Virus record (IMG/VR): IMGVR_UViG_3300030106_004658
Length of the DNA: 64,000 bases
From: an uncultured virus (IMG/VR IMGVR_UViG_3300030106_004658)
Taxonomy: Duplodnaviria > Heunggongvirae > Uroviricota > Caudoviricetes > Crassvirales
Direction: 5' to 3' (one strand)
Shown: in pieces, positions 1-9,216 of the stretch
Numbering within the stretch: position 1 is the stretch's first letter
Layout of the letters: each line of letters starts with the position of its first letter
Position numbers and translations under genes: made by a program
Notes under the pieces: model-generated
What the model was told of the DNA's origin: nothing
Seen by the model: only the letters and a program-made list of their open reading frames with translations
Database searches by the model: none

Positions 1-233
1 AAGCAGGTGATTGGATGTGGGAGAATAGAGAATATTACAATGGGTTATCTGTATTACCATATGATGGTGGTACGTATACACAAGCTCCGTTTGAGGACAT
101 TGACGAAGCAAAATACAATAAAATGTCTAAAGTATTATCTAATGTAGATTTAACGAAAGTTATTGAAGCTGAGGATAACACAGATCTATCAGGTGAGTTA
201 GCTTGCGCTGGTGGTGCCTGTGAAATTGTTTAA
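1..233 (+). CDS. nrdJ: Class II (B12-dependent) ribonucleotide reductase, C-terminal fragment
   Basis: GLSVLPY..YTQAPFE motif and terminal ACAGGACEI redox-cysteine tail; the frame is open back to the window edge. Confidence 0.85.
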   Translation, partial: AGDWMWENREYYNGLSVLPYDGGTYTQAPFEDIDEAKYNKMSKVLSNVDLTKVIEAEDNTDLSGELACAGGACEIV

Positions 234-252
234 TTTAATAAAATTTTATAAT

Positions 253-432
253 ATGAGTTTACAAGAATTAATGACAGTAATGAGAGAAGAAATGCATAGC
301 GCAGAAAACGAAGCTATGAAATTTAATACAGGAAATAAATCTGCCGGTACTAGAGTTAGAAAGCATATGCAGAATATAAAGACTGTAGCACAGAATGTCA
401 GACAAAAAGTGCAAACAATTAAAAACTCTTAA
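253..432 (+). CDS. Histone H1-like Hc1 family protein (Bacteroidota type)
   Basis: GNKSAGTRVRK..Q.IK..AQ.VR signature; ATG at 253 preferred over the overlapping start at 211. Confidence 0.75.
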   Translation: MSLQELMTVMREEMHSAENEAMKFNTGNKSAGTRVRKHMQNIKTVAQNVRQKVQTIKNS

Positions 433-451
433 GTAAATACTTAAAATAATG

Positions 452-478
452 AAGGGAGCTTAACGGCTCCCTTTTTTT
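452..478. terminator. Intrinsic terminator at the convergence of the two genome arms
   Basis: AAGGGAGC-ttaacg-GCTCCCTT followed by a T-run, between convergent genes. Confidence 0.8.
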
Positions 479-545
479 ATTGCTATTTTAAAAATTACTA
501 AACCAACTATTGCAGCGGTTGTACATATAGGACAAGGACACATAA

Positions 546-908
546 CTAACAATTCCACCTTCTTCTAGCAGCTAAACCTCTTTTACTTTTCCAACTTCGT
601 GATCTAGCGCAAAAAGATTTTCTACGTTTAGCTTTTTTACTATTTGGATCTAACTTAGATGGAGGAGTGGTTACAGCTGTTTGTAAATTACTTCCTGGAT
701 TATTTCTTTTGTATTCATCAACTCCCTTTTGAGTCATACCTCCTCCAGCAGCTCCACCTGTTCCAGTTGATTTAGCTTTGTTAAAGTTTTTACCAGGCCC
801 TATCGTTCTACGTGGATCAGCTTTTTTAAATCCGTTACCTATACCACCAGCTCTACGTCTACCGCAACTAGTAACTGAAAATGGATTATTTTTTTGTGTA
901 TATGCCAT
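546..908 (-). CDS. Small basic phage protein (RRKSFCAR...RRRWNC type)
   Basis: ORF track; likely start MAYTQKNNPF at 908. Confidence 0.65.
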   Translation of the reverse strand: MAYTQKNNPFSVTSCGRRRAGGIGNGFKKADPRRTIGPGKNFNKAKSTGTGGAAGGGMTQKGVDEYKRNNPGSNLQTAVTTPPSKLDPNSKKAKRRKSFCARSRSWKSKRGLAARRRWNC

Positions 909-910
909 AA

Positions 911-1273
911 TTATTCTCCGCATTTTTTAGATAGATCATCAACTCTTCTCCAGTCTTCTTTTCTAAACCAATCTCTAAGTGTAGCTCCTTTTCTACGAGC
1001 ACCCTTAACGTTTGTCCTAGAAGATCTTTTGTACTTACCTTTTGCTCCAGCAGATTTTTTAGCGCTAACAAGTTTATCTCTTTGAGATTTGCTCATACTA
1101 CGAATCTTTGCAGCAGGCAAACAAGTCTTGGTTGTTCCCCCTCCCTTTTGCTTTTTAGCTGGTGAATTTTTTTTACAACTACCTTTACTATACGCTGTTT
1201 TACCAGGCACGGGTGAATACCCAACCCAACAACGCTTAGTGAACGGTGTGAATCCTTTTAGCTTAAAAGCCAT
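911..1273 (-). CDS. Small basic Cys-containing protein with MAFKLK N-terminus
   Basis: RCWVGY and LRDWFRKEDW segments; tightly packed in the operon. Confidence 0.65.
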   Translation of the reverse strand: MAFKLKGFTPFTKRCWVGYSPVPGKTAYSKGSCKKNSPAKKQKGGGTTKTCLPAAKIRSMSKSQRDKLVSAKKSAGAKGKYKRSSRTNVKGARRKGATLRDWFRKEDWRRVDDLSKKCGE

Positions 1274-1507
1274 TTATTTTTTCTTTTTCATTTTCATCGC
1301 TGCACCTTTCTTCATTTTCATAGCAGCTGTTGGCTTCATCATTTTCATAGCCGCAGGCTTTAACATTTTGGCTGGTGACTCTAGTATAGCTCGTCTTAGT
1401 TCAACTGGTAAACTTTTTTGCTTACCAACAAGAGGTTTTTTCATTGAACTTTTTTTAGCCATTTTCATTGTTGAAGCTTTTTTCATTTTCATTGCACCTT
1501 TTTTCAT
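1274..1507 (-). CDS. Lys/Met-rich low-complexity protein, possibly DNA-condensing
   Basis: Repeated AMKM(K) units. Confidence 0.6.
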   Translation of the reverse strand: MKKGAMKMKKASTMKMAKKSSMKKPLVGKQKSLPVELRRAILESPAKMLKPAAMKMMKPTAAMKMKKGAAMKMKKKK

Positions 1508-2049
1508 TATACTTTGTTTTTTATATGATTATACATTTCTTTACCTAATTGTTTGCCCATTTTACTATCTGACATATAGTGAGCTTTGGCTATATTTCTA
1601 CTATCAGATATATTTTCTCCTGCTTTTAAAAACTCTTTTGAAGCTTTTGGATATTTGTCAGCTAGTAACATGCCTATTAAAACTCCTTGGGTTGAATGAC
1701 CACTAGGATATGACGGCGTTTTCATAGAACTCATCTCATAGTCTTGCATGTTTATATTTAACTTTTTAGCTAGTACCTTTGGTCTAGGTCTATTAAAGTG
1801 TTTTTTTAATTTAGTTATTAGTGGAGCTGATTCTTTTATAACATCACTAACTATTTTTTCATCATAGTTTGTTATATTATTTTTTAAAGCAATATCTTTA
1901 AATGTTTTTTCTATATTATCAAATTTTTTTACAGCAGACCTATTCATCGGTATGTTAACCAATGACTTAACCTCCTGCATAGTTTTAAAAGAATTATCAG
2001 AAGGTGGTTTTATATTTTTAAATTTATCTATATTAAAATCTTTAAACAT
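1507..2049 (-). CDS. PAP2/acid phosphatase superfamily protein
   Basis: K-x6-RP, YPSGH and SR-x5-H-x3-D motifs are all present. Confidence 0.85.
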   Translation of the reverse strand: MFKDFNIDKFKNIKPPSDNSFKTMQEVKSLVNIPMNRSAVKKFDNIEKTFKDIALKNNITNYDEKIVSDVIKESAPLITKLKKHFNRPRPKVLAKKLNINMQDYEMSSMKTPSYPSGHSTQGVLIGMLLADKYPKASKEFLKAGENISDSRNIAKAHYMSDSKMGKQLGKEMYNHIKNKV

Positions 2050-2308
2050 CTTTCTTTAATCTTTTTCTAACTACGTTCATAGTTGTTTTCATTTTGCTAG
2101 CATAAGTAGGATTTTTACCTCTATTAAAAACATATTGTTGATTTAAGCTACCAATAATTTTTTGTAAACTACCTTTTCTAGTTTTTATTAACCAACTAGC
2201 TAAACCAGATGGGGACAAGCTTTTAAACTTACCCTTTGCGTCTGGAGCATCAGACTCCTTGAATTTACCTATACTTTTTTTAAATGGATTGTTTTTTTGT
2301 ACAAACAT
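2042..2308 (-). CDS. Small basic hypothetical protein (MFVQKNNPFK N-terminus)
   Basis: ORF track; overlaps the neighbouring genes' start/stop codons. Confidence 0.6.
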   Translation of the reverse strand: MFVQKNNPFKKSIGKFKESDAPDAKGKFKSLSPSGLASWLIKTRKGSLQKIIGSLNQQYVFNRGKNPTYASKMKTTMNVVRKRLKKDV

Positions 2309-2457
2309 TATTTCTTTTTAAAATCACCTCTAGTACATCTAACACCCCAACCAGAAGCATACGCGCTTGGCCAAACTTTAAACTTTTTCTTTGCTTGAGC
2401 TTTACAGCTAGCACTAATTTTTTTAAACGCTGCTTGATTTTTTAATTTAAATGCCAT
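2308..2457 (-). CDS. 49-aa basic protein, not in the ORF track (MAFKLKNQAAFKK...WPSAYASGWGVRC...)
   Basis: Manually translated; fills the gap between neighbours; has the MAFK start. Confidence 0.7.
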   Translation of the reverse strand: MAFKLKNQAAFKKISASCKAQAKKKFKVWPSAYASGWGVRCTRGDFKKK

Positions 2458-2458
2458 A

Positions 2459-2857
2459 TTATTGAAATTTATTTAGTATTATTGTATCAACGGAATTTTG
2501 TATAGTTTTTTTATCAGCTTCAAGTTGAAACATTATATTAGCACCAAACCTAACTTTTTCAACTCCATTATCAAATATAACAACAGTGGGTATAGCTGTT
2601 ATGTTATACTTAGTTTGTATATCAGAGTTAGCCATTATGTCTAACCTATATGACTCACATTCTTTTAGTTTGTTTAATTCGGCAAATTGATTAGCTTTAT
2701 TCCAATCTGCCCAAAACTCTACAGCAACAACATCTTTAGCTATTCGATCTTTAAAATCACCATTGATAAATTCTTGACCCATAACAGTGCCACAGCCAAA
2801 AGCAAGTAGCATTATTAAGATATAAATATAATTTGAAATTTCTATTTGCTTAATCAT
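2459..2857 (-). CDS. Exported thioredoxin-fold protein lacking CxxC
   Basis: VEFWADWN in place of WCxxC; YNITAIPTVVIFDNG cis-Pro motif; hydrophobic N-terminus with a possible lipobox (LAFGC). Confidence 0.7.
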   Translation of the reverse strand: MIKQIEISNYIYILIMLLAFGCGTVMGQEFINGDFKDRIAKDVVAVEFWADWNKANQFAELNKLKECESYRLDIMANSDIQTKYNITAIPTVVIFDNGVEKVRFGANIMFQLEADKKTIQNSVDTIILNKFQ

Positions 2858-3198
2858 TTTCTTAATAATTTTATTTCATCTTTTAATTCATCTACTTCCT
2901 TAACTAACGCATCAATTTGGTTACGAGCCATTTGATCTTTCATATTAAACTCCATACGAGTTGGAGGCCAAGTGTTAGTTGCAGCTGGATCACCCATATC
3001 AATTGTATACGTACCTGTTCCAGGTTTTGGTAACTCTAGTGCTTCATTAACTTTAAGTTCTAGTTCTCCAAACTTAGAATTAATTGTTGCCATTAAACCG
3101 AAATACGCTGATATAACTGTTGCAACAGCCATTACTATAGCTATTAAGGTCTTAATGCTTATTTGAAACTTACTATCTTCTGATAATTCTTTAGCCAT
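2854..3198 (-). CDS. Single-TM membrane protein with coiled coil
   Basis: Hydrophobic segment near the N-terminus; heptad-like C-terminus. Confidence 0.6.
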   Translation of the reverse strand: MAKELSEDSKFQISIKTLIAIVMAVATVISAYFGLMATINSKFGELELKVNEALELPKPGTGTYTIDMGDPAATNTWPPTRMEFNMKDQMARNQIDALVKEVDELKDEIKLLRK

Positions 3199-3326
3199 TA
3201 TTTTTCTAAGTATTTAGTATTTTTAGTTATTTTATACATAAGGTTTTTGAAATACCTTGGTTTACCCTTTGGGTATTCACGTTTTGGTTTTGTAAACGGA
3301 CTAAAGCCCTTCATTTTAAAAGCCAT
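3198..3326 (-). CDS. 42-aa basic protein, not in the ORF track (MAFKMKGFSPFTKPK...)
   Basis: Manually translated; fills the gap; stop overlaps the next start. Confidence 0.65.
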   Translation of the reverse strand: MAFKMKGFSPFTKPKREYPKGKPRYFKNLMYKITKNTKYLEK

Positions 3327-3328
3327 AA

Positions 3329-3985
3329 TTATTTTGTTTTATAATAAATTTTACCGTTCTCTATATATAATCCTTCTCTTGTTAATATTGCTTGTCCCTG
3401 TAAATTATATATTACAGAGTTACCTATAGATTTATCTATTACCTCCATAATACTTGAGTTACAAGGTAAACCTGAATCACAATCAATGTATTCTACTATT
3501 TCTTCGTATTGTATTTCTATAATAGTATCATACTCAATAACTGGTATTTCAATAAACAATGTATCTGATATATTATCGTATATAATTATTGTATCAGTTT
3601 GTTGTATATAATCAATTTCGACAATCGTATCGTATTCAATTATTGTTTCATATATCGTATTATATATTGTATCAAATAATGTTTCATATTCAATTATTTC
3701 AACAAAAACAGTATCACACTCTGGTGGTGGTGGAGCACAATCTTCAGGCGAAGTAGGAACAGCTCCATTCTCATCGCCTTCATCTACACAGTCTACCCAA
3801 CCGTCATTTAACCAAGAATTTTGTACACATCCCATTGGTGCATATTGAGTCCAGTTTGCCGGATCATCACCACAATAATAACCCTCTGCTTCAGCACAAG
3901 CTAAACATAATTCTTGAAAATCAAATTCTTGCGCATCAACAAACGAGCCGATAAACGCAAATAGTATTATAATATATTTCTTCAT
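3329..3985 (-). CDS. Secreted acidic protein with LDLa-like Cys module, IIEYDT repeats and a T9SS-CTD-like tail
   Basis: Signal peptide; WLNDGWVDCVDEGDE; C-terminal IYNLQGQ...GLYIENGK. Confidence 0.6.
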   Translation of the reverse strand: MKKYIIILFAFIGSFVDAQEFDFQELCLACAEAEGYYCGDDPANWTQYAPMGCVQNSWLNDGWVDCVDEGDENGAVPTSPEDCAPPPPECDTVFVEIIEYETLFDTIYNTIYETIIEYDTIVEIDYIQQTDTIIIYDNISDTLFIEIPVIEYDTIIEIQYEEIVEYIDCDSGLPCNSSIMEVIDKSIGNSVIYNLQGQAILTREGLYIENGKIYYKTK

Positions 3986-3987
3986 AA

Positions 3988-5040
3988 TTAAAATATTAAA
4001 TAGTTAAAACCAAACTTCACTTCATATACTGGTTTTTCCCAGTACTTCATATGAGTTCCTTCAATAAACATCCCAAGTGATTTAGTAATCCTTGAGCCAA
4101 ACACAATACCAGCGTCCCACTCGATATTATCGTATTTTTCTTCTCCATATTCAAATGAGTATTCATCTAAACCATAGTGCAATGGTAAGCAATTTGCCCA
4201 TAAATGTAGCCATATTTTCGGCGTATACTTATAGTACGCTAAACCTATAACAGCACTAAGCTCTCTTTGTAAACCTAGTTTTTCTAATTCTCTTTCATTA
4301 AATCTAGCGACGGCGTCACCGAAGTAGTGATGGAAAAACTCGTCATTTGAGGTAGCGATAAGTACGGAATCCCCATCACTAACATCGTACCAATTTTGAT
4401 TTATATAAAACCCCTGCATCCAAGGTTCCGAAGCATAACCAAAGTCTTCTGCTAGATCTTGAAATGTATTTTCTCCTGGCACCCAAAAATCATCTATTGG
4501 AGTTACACCATATACTGGATGTATTCTAGCGACAGCACCTACTGTAAAATCCCAGTTACCCTTGGTTAATCTAAACCTAGTGTCAAAAGAGCCAAATCTC
4601 AAATTAACTCTTTGATTATCTGTATATTGCGCTTTAGCAACATAACTGTTACCTAAATATCTTAACCAAATGTTTTGATTATTAAACTTTTCTCCACGTT
4701 CTCTAATAAAAGAATAGTTAAGTAAATATTCCCAACCTACAGCGTTACCAATAGTAACATTATCACTAACGCCGTCCTCGGTACCGTAATACCATGTCTT
4801 TACTTTGTATTCATAATCCATTCTAGCAATCTTACGTAAACCTATAGTTAAATTGTAATCGTAAGGATTAATTTCAGTGACATTTTCATATCCTTTATCA
4901 ACAGCAATGTAGTCTTCTGTTTCAACAAAAGAAGTACCAACTGTCATTGACGTGTACAATGTTGAGTATTTGAAAAAGTCTTTTAATTGCGCGTTACATA
5001 TAGTACTTATTAGTACAAATAGTATAATTATTTTTTTCAT
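3988..5040 (-). CDS. Putative outer-membrane beta-barrel protein
   Basis: Signal peptide MKKIIILFVL...NAQ; alternating aromatic strands; ends VKFGFNYLIF. Confidence 0.55.
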   Translation of the reverse strand: MKKIIILFVLISTICNAQLKDFFKYSTLYTSMTVGTSFVETEDYIAVDKGYENVTEINPYDYNLTIGLRKIARMDYEYKVKTWYYGTEDGVSDNVTIGNAVGWEYLLNYSFIRERGEKFNNQNIWLRYLGNSYVAKAQYTDNQRVNLRFGSFDTRFRLTKGNWDFTVGAVARIHPVYGVTPIDDFWVPGENTFQDLAEDFGYASEPWMQGFYINQNWYDVSDGDSVLIATSNDEFFHHYFGDAVARFNERELEKLGLQRELSAVIGLAYYKYTPKIWLHLWANCLPLHYGLDEYSFEYGEEKYDNIEWDAGIVFGSRITKSLGMFIEGTHMKYWEKPVYEVKFGFNYLIF

Positions 5041-5053
5041 TTTATATTTTTTT

Positions 5054-5482
5054 TTAATCTCCAAAAGGAACATCTTCGTTTAAATCTTGTTTTTGTATTT
5101 TAACTACCTTTTCTCTCTTGCCACCATCATACTCTACAGCATAACCTTCTTTCACTAAATTATCGTTGATGCATACTTTAGTAATTACATCTTTTCCGTC
5201 TAATTTATCTATATGAAGTCTACCAAGTACTCTACCATATTTTCCTAACTCTTGAGATTCTAACTCAAAATTATTGTCAACACCAATTAACATTTCTTTT
5301 AATCTTTCCTTTGCAGCTAAACCTAATATCTTTTCTTGTTTATCTCTAGTTCTAGATTCTGGAGCATTTATACCAGCTAACCTAATTCGTTTTTTCACAT
5401 GTACACCGAATCCTAAATCAATCATTGCATCAACAGTATCTCCATCAACGACCCTTGTACACTTTGCGTTATAATTATACAT
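5054..5482 (-). CDS. Thermonuclease (SNase-like) family protein
   Basis: VVDGDT, RIRLAGINAPE and GKYGRVLG motifs. Confidence 0.85.
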   Translation of the reverse strand: MYNYNAKCTRVVDGDTVDAMIDLGFGVHVKKRIRLAGINAPESRTRDKQEKILGLAAKERLKEMLIGVDNNFELESQELGKYGRVLGRLHIDKLDGKDVITKVCINDNLVKEGYAVEYDGGKREKVVKIQKQDLNEDVPFGD

Positions 5483-5941
5483 CTATATTGTTTTATATGT
5501 TATTGTTACTTCTTCTCCACAATCAATAGCTTCCGCTATAGCTGGATAAATTCTTTTATAAGCTTGAGTCGATTTACCTATAAAACCGTCCTTCGTGATT
5601 TGGTTGTTTTCTTGGGAGTCACCAACCAAGAGACACCCAGCCGTATGCTCGTCAGTGTTACCACAATGTATAAGAATATACTCAAAACCAGGCACATTAA
5701 TAACGTGAAGCATCCCAACATGAATGCTTGAAAAACGTTTAGAATACTTCGCGTGATATCCTCCAGTTTTCCTAAGAGCCAATTTGTAAGTTCCTTCTGG
5801 TATTCTTGTCTCGCCATATTTTTTTTCATCTCTATATTCATCTTCTAACGTATATGCTAAAAATTTATTATTTGTTTTATCTATTAATATTCCATTAGTA
5901 CTATCTGTACCACTAGAAAATCTAATTACTTCTAATTTCAT
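5483..5941 (-). CDS. DUF5675-like protein, candidate endolysin (His/Cys)
   Basis: TLED...TRIPEGTY...ILIHCGN....TAGCLLVG pattern. Confidence 0.7.
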   Translation of the reverse strand: MKLEVIRFSSGTDSTNGILIDKTNNKFLAYTLEDEYRDEKKYGETRIPEGTYKLALRKTGGYHAKYSKRFSSIHVGMLHVINVPGFEYILIHCGNTDEHTAGCLLVGDSQENNQITKDGFIGKSTQAYKRIYPAIAEAIDCGEEVTITYKTI

Positions 5942-5942
5942 G

Positions 5943-6272
5943 TTATCTTCTATTTCTTACAAGTTCTGTTGGTTGAACCATTATTGTTAAAGCTGGAGCG
6001 GTAGCTACACTGTATGCTACTAGTTTCATGTTTTTGGGAACAACATATCCGTCATCTAAAACCAAGGTAGCGCCTTTAGGTATCATAGCATTTTTTATTA
6101 AATAATAATCATTAGAACCTATTTTAAAAAATATATCAACTCTAGCGTCAGCAGCGTTATCACTAAAATTTGATATACTAATAGACTTGATTGATCCAAA
6201 ATGATTTCTAGAATCTAAAAGCTCCGTTGTTGCCGGTGATGTTGTTATATTTGTTATTACGATGTCTGCCAT
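5943..6272 (-). CDS. Small beta-rich virion/tail-associated protein
   Basis: ORF track; position in the tail cassette. Confidence 0.5.
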   Translation of the reverse strand: MADIVITNITTSPATTELLDSRNHFGSIKSISISNFSDNAADARVDIFFKIGSNDYYLIKNAMIPKGATLVLDDGYVVPKNMKLVAYSVATAPALTIMVQPTELVRNRR

Positions 6273-6273
6273 T

Positions 6274-6942
6274 TTATATTCCGTTTACTTTACTTATACT
6301 TGCTGTTGCTATTCCGTTTACTTTACTTATGTTTGCTGCTGCTACCCCATTAACCGCGTTACCATATCCAGTTGCTAGTGTGTAATCCAAAGTTATTGTT
6401 ACCCCAAGATTTATACTTATATCATATGCTCCGTCACCTTGATCTGAATTTGCCGCATCGCTATCGTTTTCAACTATAGCTAATGTAAAATTATCATTAT
6501 TTTTAATATCAGCTAAAGCGCCTGATGTCAGTGTATATTCATTGTTATTAACTGACCACGAAGTTAATTCTGTGGAGTAAGCTGTGCTGTAATCTATTGA
6601 GCTAAAAAAATCAGTGGTTGCTAGAGCTGTTCCACCGTCACCTCCAAAAGCTGTACTTTTTAACATTATAGTATCATTGGGATCTGGACTAGAAAGACTA
6701 CCATCTATATCAATGTGTGCTGCTGTTAAAGTTCCTGTTATACTACTTGTGTCAAAATGTAAAAACATTCTTTTAAAACGCTTTGTTGCACCACCTCTAG
6801 CTGACGAAGAAAAATACTGAACAACAAACGTGCCAGTAGCTCCGTCTACTACCGAAGCTGCGTTGCTAGTTCTAGCTGTATTAAAATTTGAGCTAACAAC
6901 ACCGGTTCCAGTCCCTATTCTATTTGCGTTTATCGTAGGCAT
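6274..6942 (-). CDS. Tail-fibre-associated protein
   Basis: S/T/G-rich; C-terminal ISKVNGI repeats. Confidence 0.55.
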   Translation of the reverse strand: MPTINANRIGTGTGVVSSNFNTARTSNAASVVDGATGTFVVQYFSSSARGGATKRFKRMFLHFDTSSITGTLTAAHIDIDGSLSSPDPNDTIMLKSTAFGGDGGTALATTDFFSSIDYSTAYSTELTSWSVNNNEYTLTSGALADIKNNDNFTLAIVENDSDAANSDQGDGAYDISINLGVTITLDYTLATGYGNAVNGVAAANISKVNGIATASISKVNGI

Positions 6943-7503
6943 TTAAAATTCTTTTTTAGGTAAATAATATGTATTAGAATTAAAATAACTGTTTGGAGGG
7001 GGATTAACACTAATAGCATTATATACTACACCATCTATATTGTGAATAGTAGACTGCTCTGGATTATTATTCCACCACGTAACCTTGGTTCCCGACTTAG
7101 TAAATGATGGTAACTCAGTTGCAAATCTACTCCAATCTTGTTCTCCATATGTATCGTAAAATATACCATCGTAAACAGATAAAGAGTCTTTTATATTATG
7201 CCAGTCATCTTCTATTATTTTAACATTAGGTTTATCTGCTGCCCAAATCTTAAGTTTTTCTATTATCTGTGGGTGATTCTCTATTATTGTATGAGAGTTT
7301 ATATTATTAGCTTGGATGTATCCAGCTGATATACCCATACCAAAACCAAACTCTAATATATCACCCCCGTTTTCACAAACATAATCCGTGGATGCTTTCA
7401 TTATTGAGTCCTCCCAGTCCATCATAACTTCTAATATCATACCACTATCTTCGTAGTAAATTTTATCTTCTTCAAATACTAATGTTTTATTTATATAACT
7501 CAT
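6943..7503 (-). CDS. Class I SAM-dependent methyltransferase, GAMT/Rmt2-like
   Basis: VMMDWE, ILEFGFGMGIS, HTIIENHP and YDGIFYDT motifs. Confidence 0.8.
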   Translation of the reverse strand: MSYINKTLVFEEDKIYYEDSGMILEVMMDWEDSIMKASTDYVCENGGDILEFGFGMGISAGYIQANNINSHTIIENHPQIIEKLKIWAADKPNVKIIEDDWHNIKDSLSVYDGIFYDTYGEQDWSRFATELPSFTKSGTKVTWWNNNPEQSTIHNIDGVVYNAISVNPPPNSYFNSNTYYLPKKEF

Positions 7504-7504
7504 G

Positions 7505-9007
7505 TTATGCTATTTCTATCCAAGTTCTATCTGGATTAAAGTAAATTAAAACGTCTCCAAGATGATCGTCAATTGCATATCCTAAGATCCTCACCACGTC
7601 ATTAGACGCAGACGGTGCTGTAAAATCTAAATGTCCAGCTGTTGTTGATAGATAAACTGGTTGACCATCAACATTTGTTGGTGTATTTAATATCTCTGCG
7701 CTAGGTATTCTCATAAAACCTTGAATCATAACACCTACCGTTTGAGATGATCCACCCATTCCTAAGCCTAATAAACCATGTGATGTTGACACACTATCAG
7801 CGTCAGCTTGTAACCATGATCCAGTGTCTCTTAGGTAATATACTTGACCCGCGGTCAATGTGGCATTTGCACTAGGTGAGTATTTTATTATTTTACCACT
7901 TGGCTTACCCGCAGTTATAAGGTTTTCAAAAGTGGTTGCTTGAAAATCATAAGTTGTGTTTATCTGGTTTGCAGAACTGGTAGTGCTTATTATGCCGTCA
8001 GCCGTAATATTAAGCTCCGCGTTTCTTCCAGCATCATCAACTGTTGTTATATTTAGTGTGCCACTCGAGCCAGCGGCTATAGTAACAGTATCATCGGTTG
8101 ATGGAGTGAATTGTATTTGATCGTCCGTTATAACAGTTGTACCTACAGTAAAATTAGTGTTAGCATCTATCGTTGTACCGGTGATAGCAGCTGGAGTTGA
8201 TCCACCTATAACACTATTGTTTACAGTACCACCACTAATAGTTAAGTCATTTGCTACATACGCGTCAGCAATAGCCGTGCCTTGCCATGTTCCAGATGTT
8301 ATAGTTCCTAAACCCGTTATGTTAGATTGGTTTGCCACAGATAGTAGTCCATCGTTAGTCATTGCAGCAGTTGAACCCATTGTAAGTGTACCAGCTATTG
8401 TAGTTAAAGACGTTGCTCCATTACCAATTATAACATCAACTTCATCTTCTGCGTTTCCAGAAAAAATAGACAAACCAGGTTGCATTTCAACATCATGACT
8501 AGCGACATTAAGCGTTAATTTACCTTCTTCAGAACCATCATCTTTATCTTGAGTATATCCAATTATTTCAGCAAGAACACTAAGCGCTCCACCACTGTCA
8601 TCTCCTATAAACTGAATATGTCCTAACTCGTCGTCAACCGCTGGTGAACTTGAGTTTTTTATAAATTGCATTACTGGACCTTCAGCATCAGAGTTTGTAT
8701 TGTGTAGTTTAAAAATAGGTCTACTTGAAGTTGATGAAGAAAACTCTAGTGTTTCTGTCGTAGAACTTAAAGTAAAATTAGCCTCAGCATTAAGTTCTGT
8801 TCCTCCACTAGATGTTACTATTCTGTGATCTTGAGCGTTTGTTATAGTTAGATCACCGCTACCACTAGCAGCTTTTACTATTTTATTGTTTGAGTCTAAA
8901 CCTAAATTACCGCCACTAGCGATTGTACCAGTTTCCGTTCCTTCTAAATAAACATCAGAACGAAACCTAGATATAAAATCCCATATGTGCTGGCCTATCC
9001 ATTTCAT
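7505..9007 (-). CDS. Tail fibre protein
   Basis: G/S/T-rich repeats (ITGLGTITSGTWQG; ISGGTVNNSVIGG). Confidence 0.7.
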   Translation of the reverse strand: MKWIGQHIWDFISRFRSDVYLEGTETGTIASGGNLGLDSNNKIVKAASGSGDLTITNAQDHRIVTSSGGTELNAEANFTLSSTTETLEFSSSTSSRPIFKLHNTNSDAEGPVMQFIKNSSSPAVDDELGHIQFIGDDSGGALSVLAEIIGYTQDKDDGSEEGKLTLNVASHDVEMQPGLSIFSGNAEDEVDVIIGNGATSLTTIAGTLTMGSTAAMTNDGLLSVANQSNITGLGTITSGTWQGTAIADAYVANDLTISGGTVNNSVIGGSTPAAITGTTIDANTNFTVGTTVITDDQIQFTPSTDDTVTIAAGSSGTLNITTVDDAGRNAELNITADGIISTTSSANQINTTYDFQATTFENLITAGKPSGKIIKYSPSANATLTAGQVYYLRDTGSWLQADADSVSTSHGLLGLGMGGSSQTVGVMIQGFMRIPSAEILNTPTNVDGQPVYLSTTAGHLDFTAPSASNDVVRILGYAIDDHLGDVLIYFNPDRTWIEIA

Positions 9008-9186
9008 TATATTTCAAATCCAAAATTTAAAATCATAAATCTAAACCTAGCGCACTTACCTTTGTTTTTACACTCCCAACAAGGACAAAAACTTAGTTCA
9101 AATATTGTCCACGTTCCTAGTCTAAAATTTATTTCGTACACCTCTTTTTTATTACCTGCTTTCCAGGAGTTTATCCAATTTATCAT
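9007..9186 (-). CDS. Small hypothetical protein
   Basis: Likely start MINW at 9186; abuts the tail fibre gene. Confidence 0.5.
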   Translation of the reverse strand: MINWINSWKAGNKKEVYEINFRLGTWTIFELSFCPCWECKNKGKCARFRFMILNFGFEI

Positions 9187-9216
9187 AATCTTATTCTTTA
9201 TATTATTATTACACAC

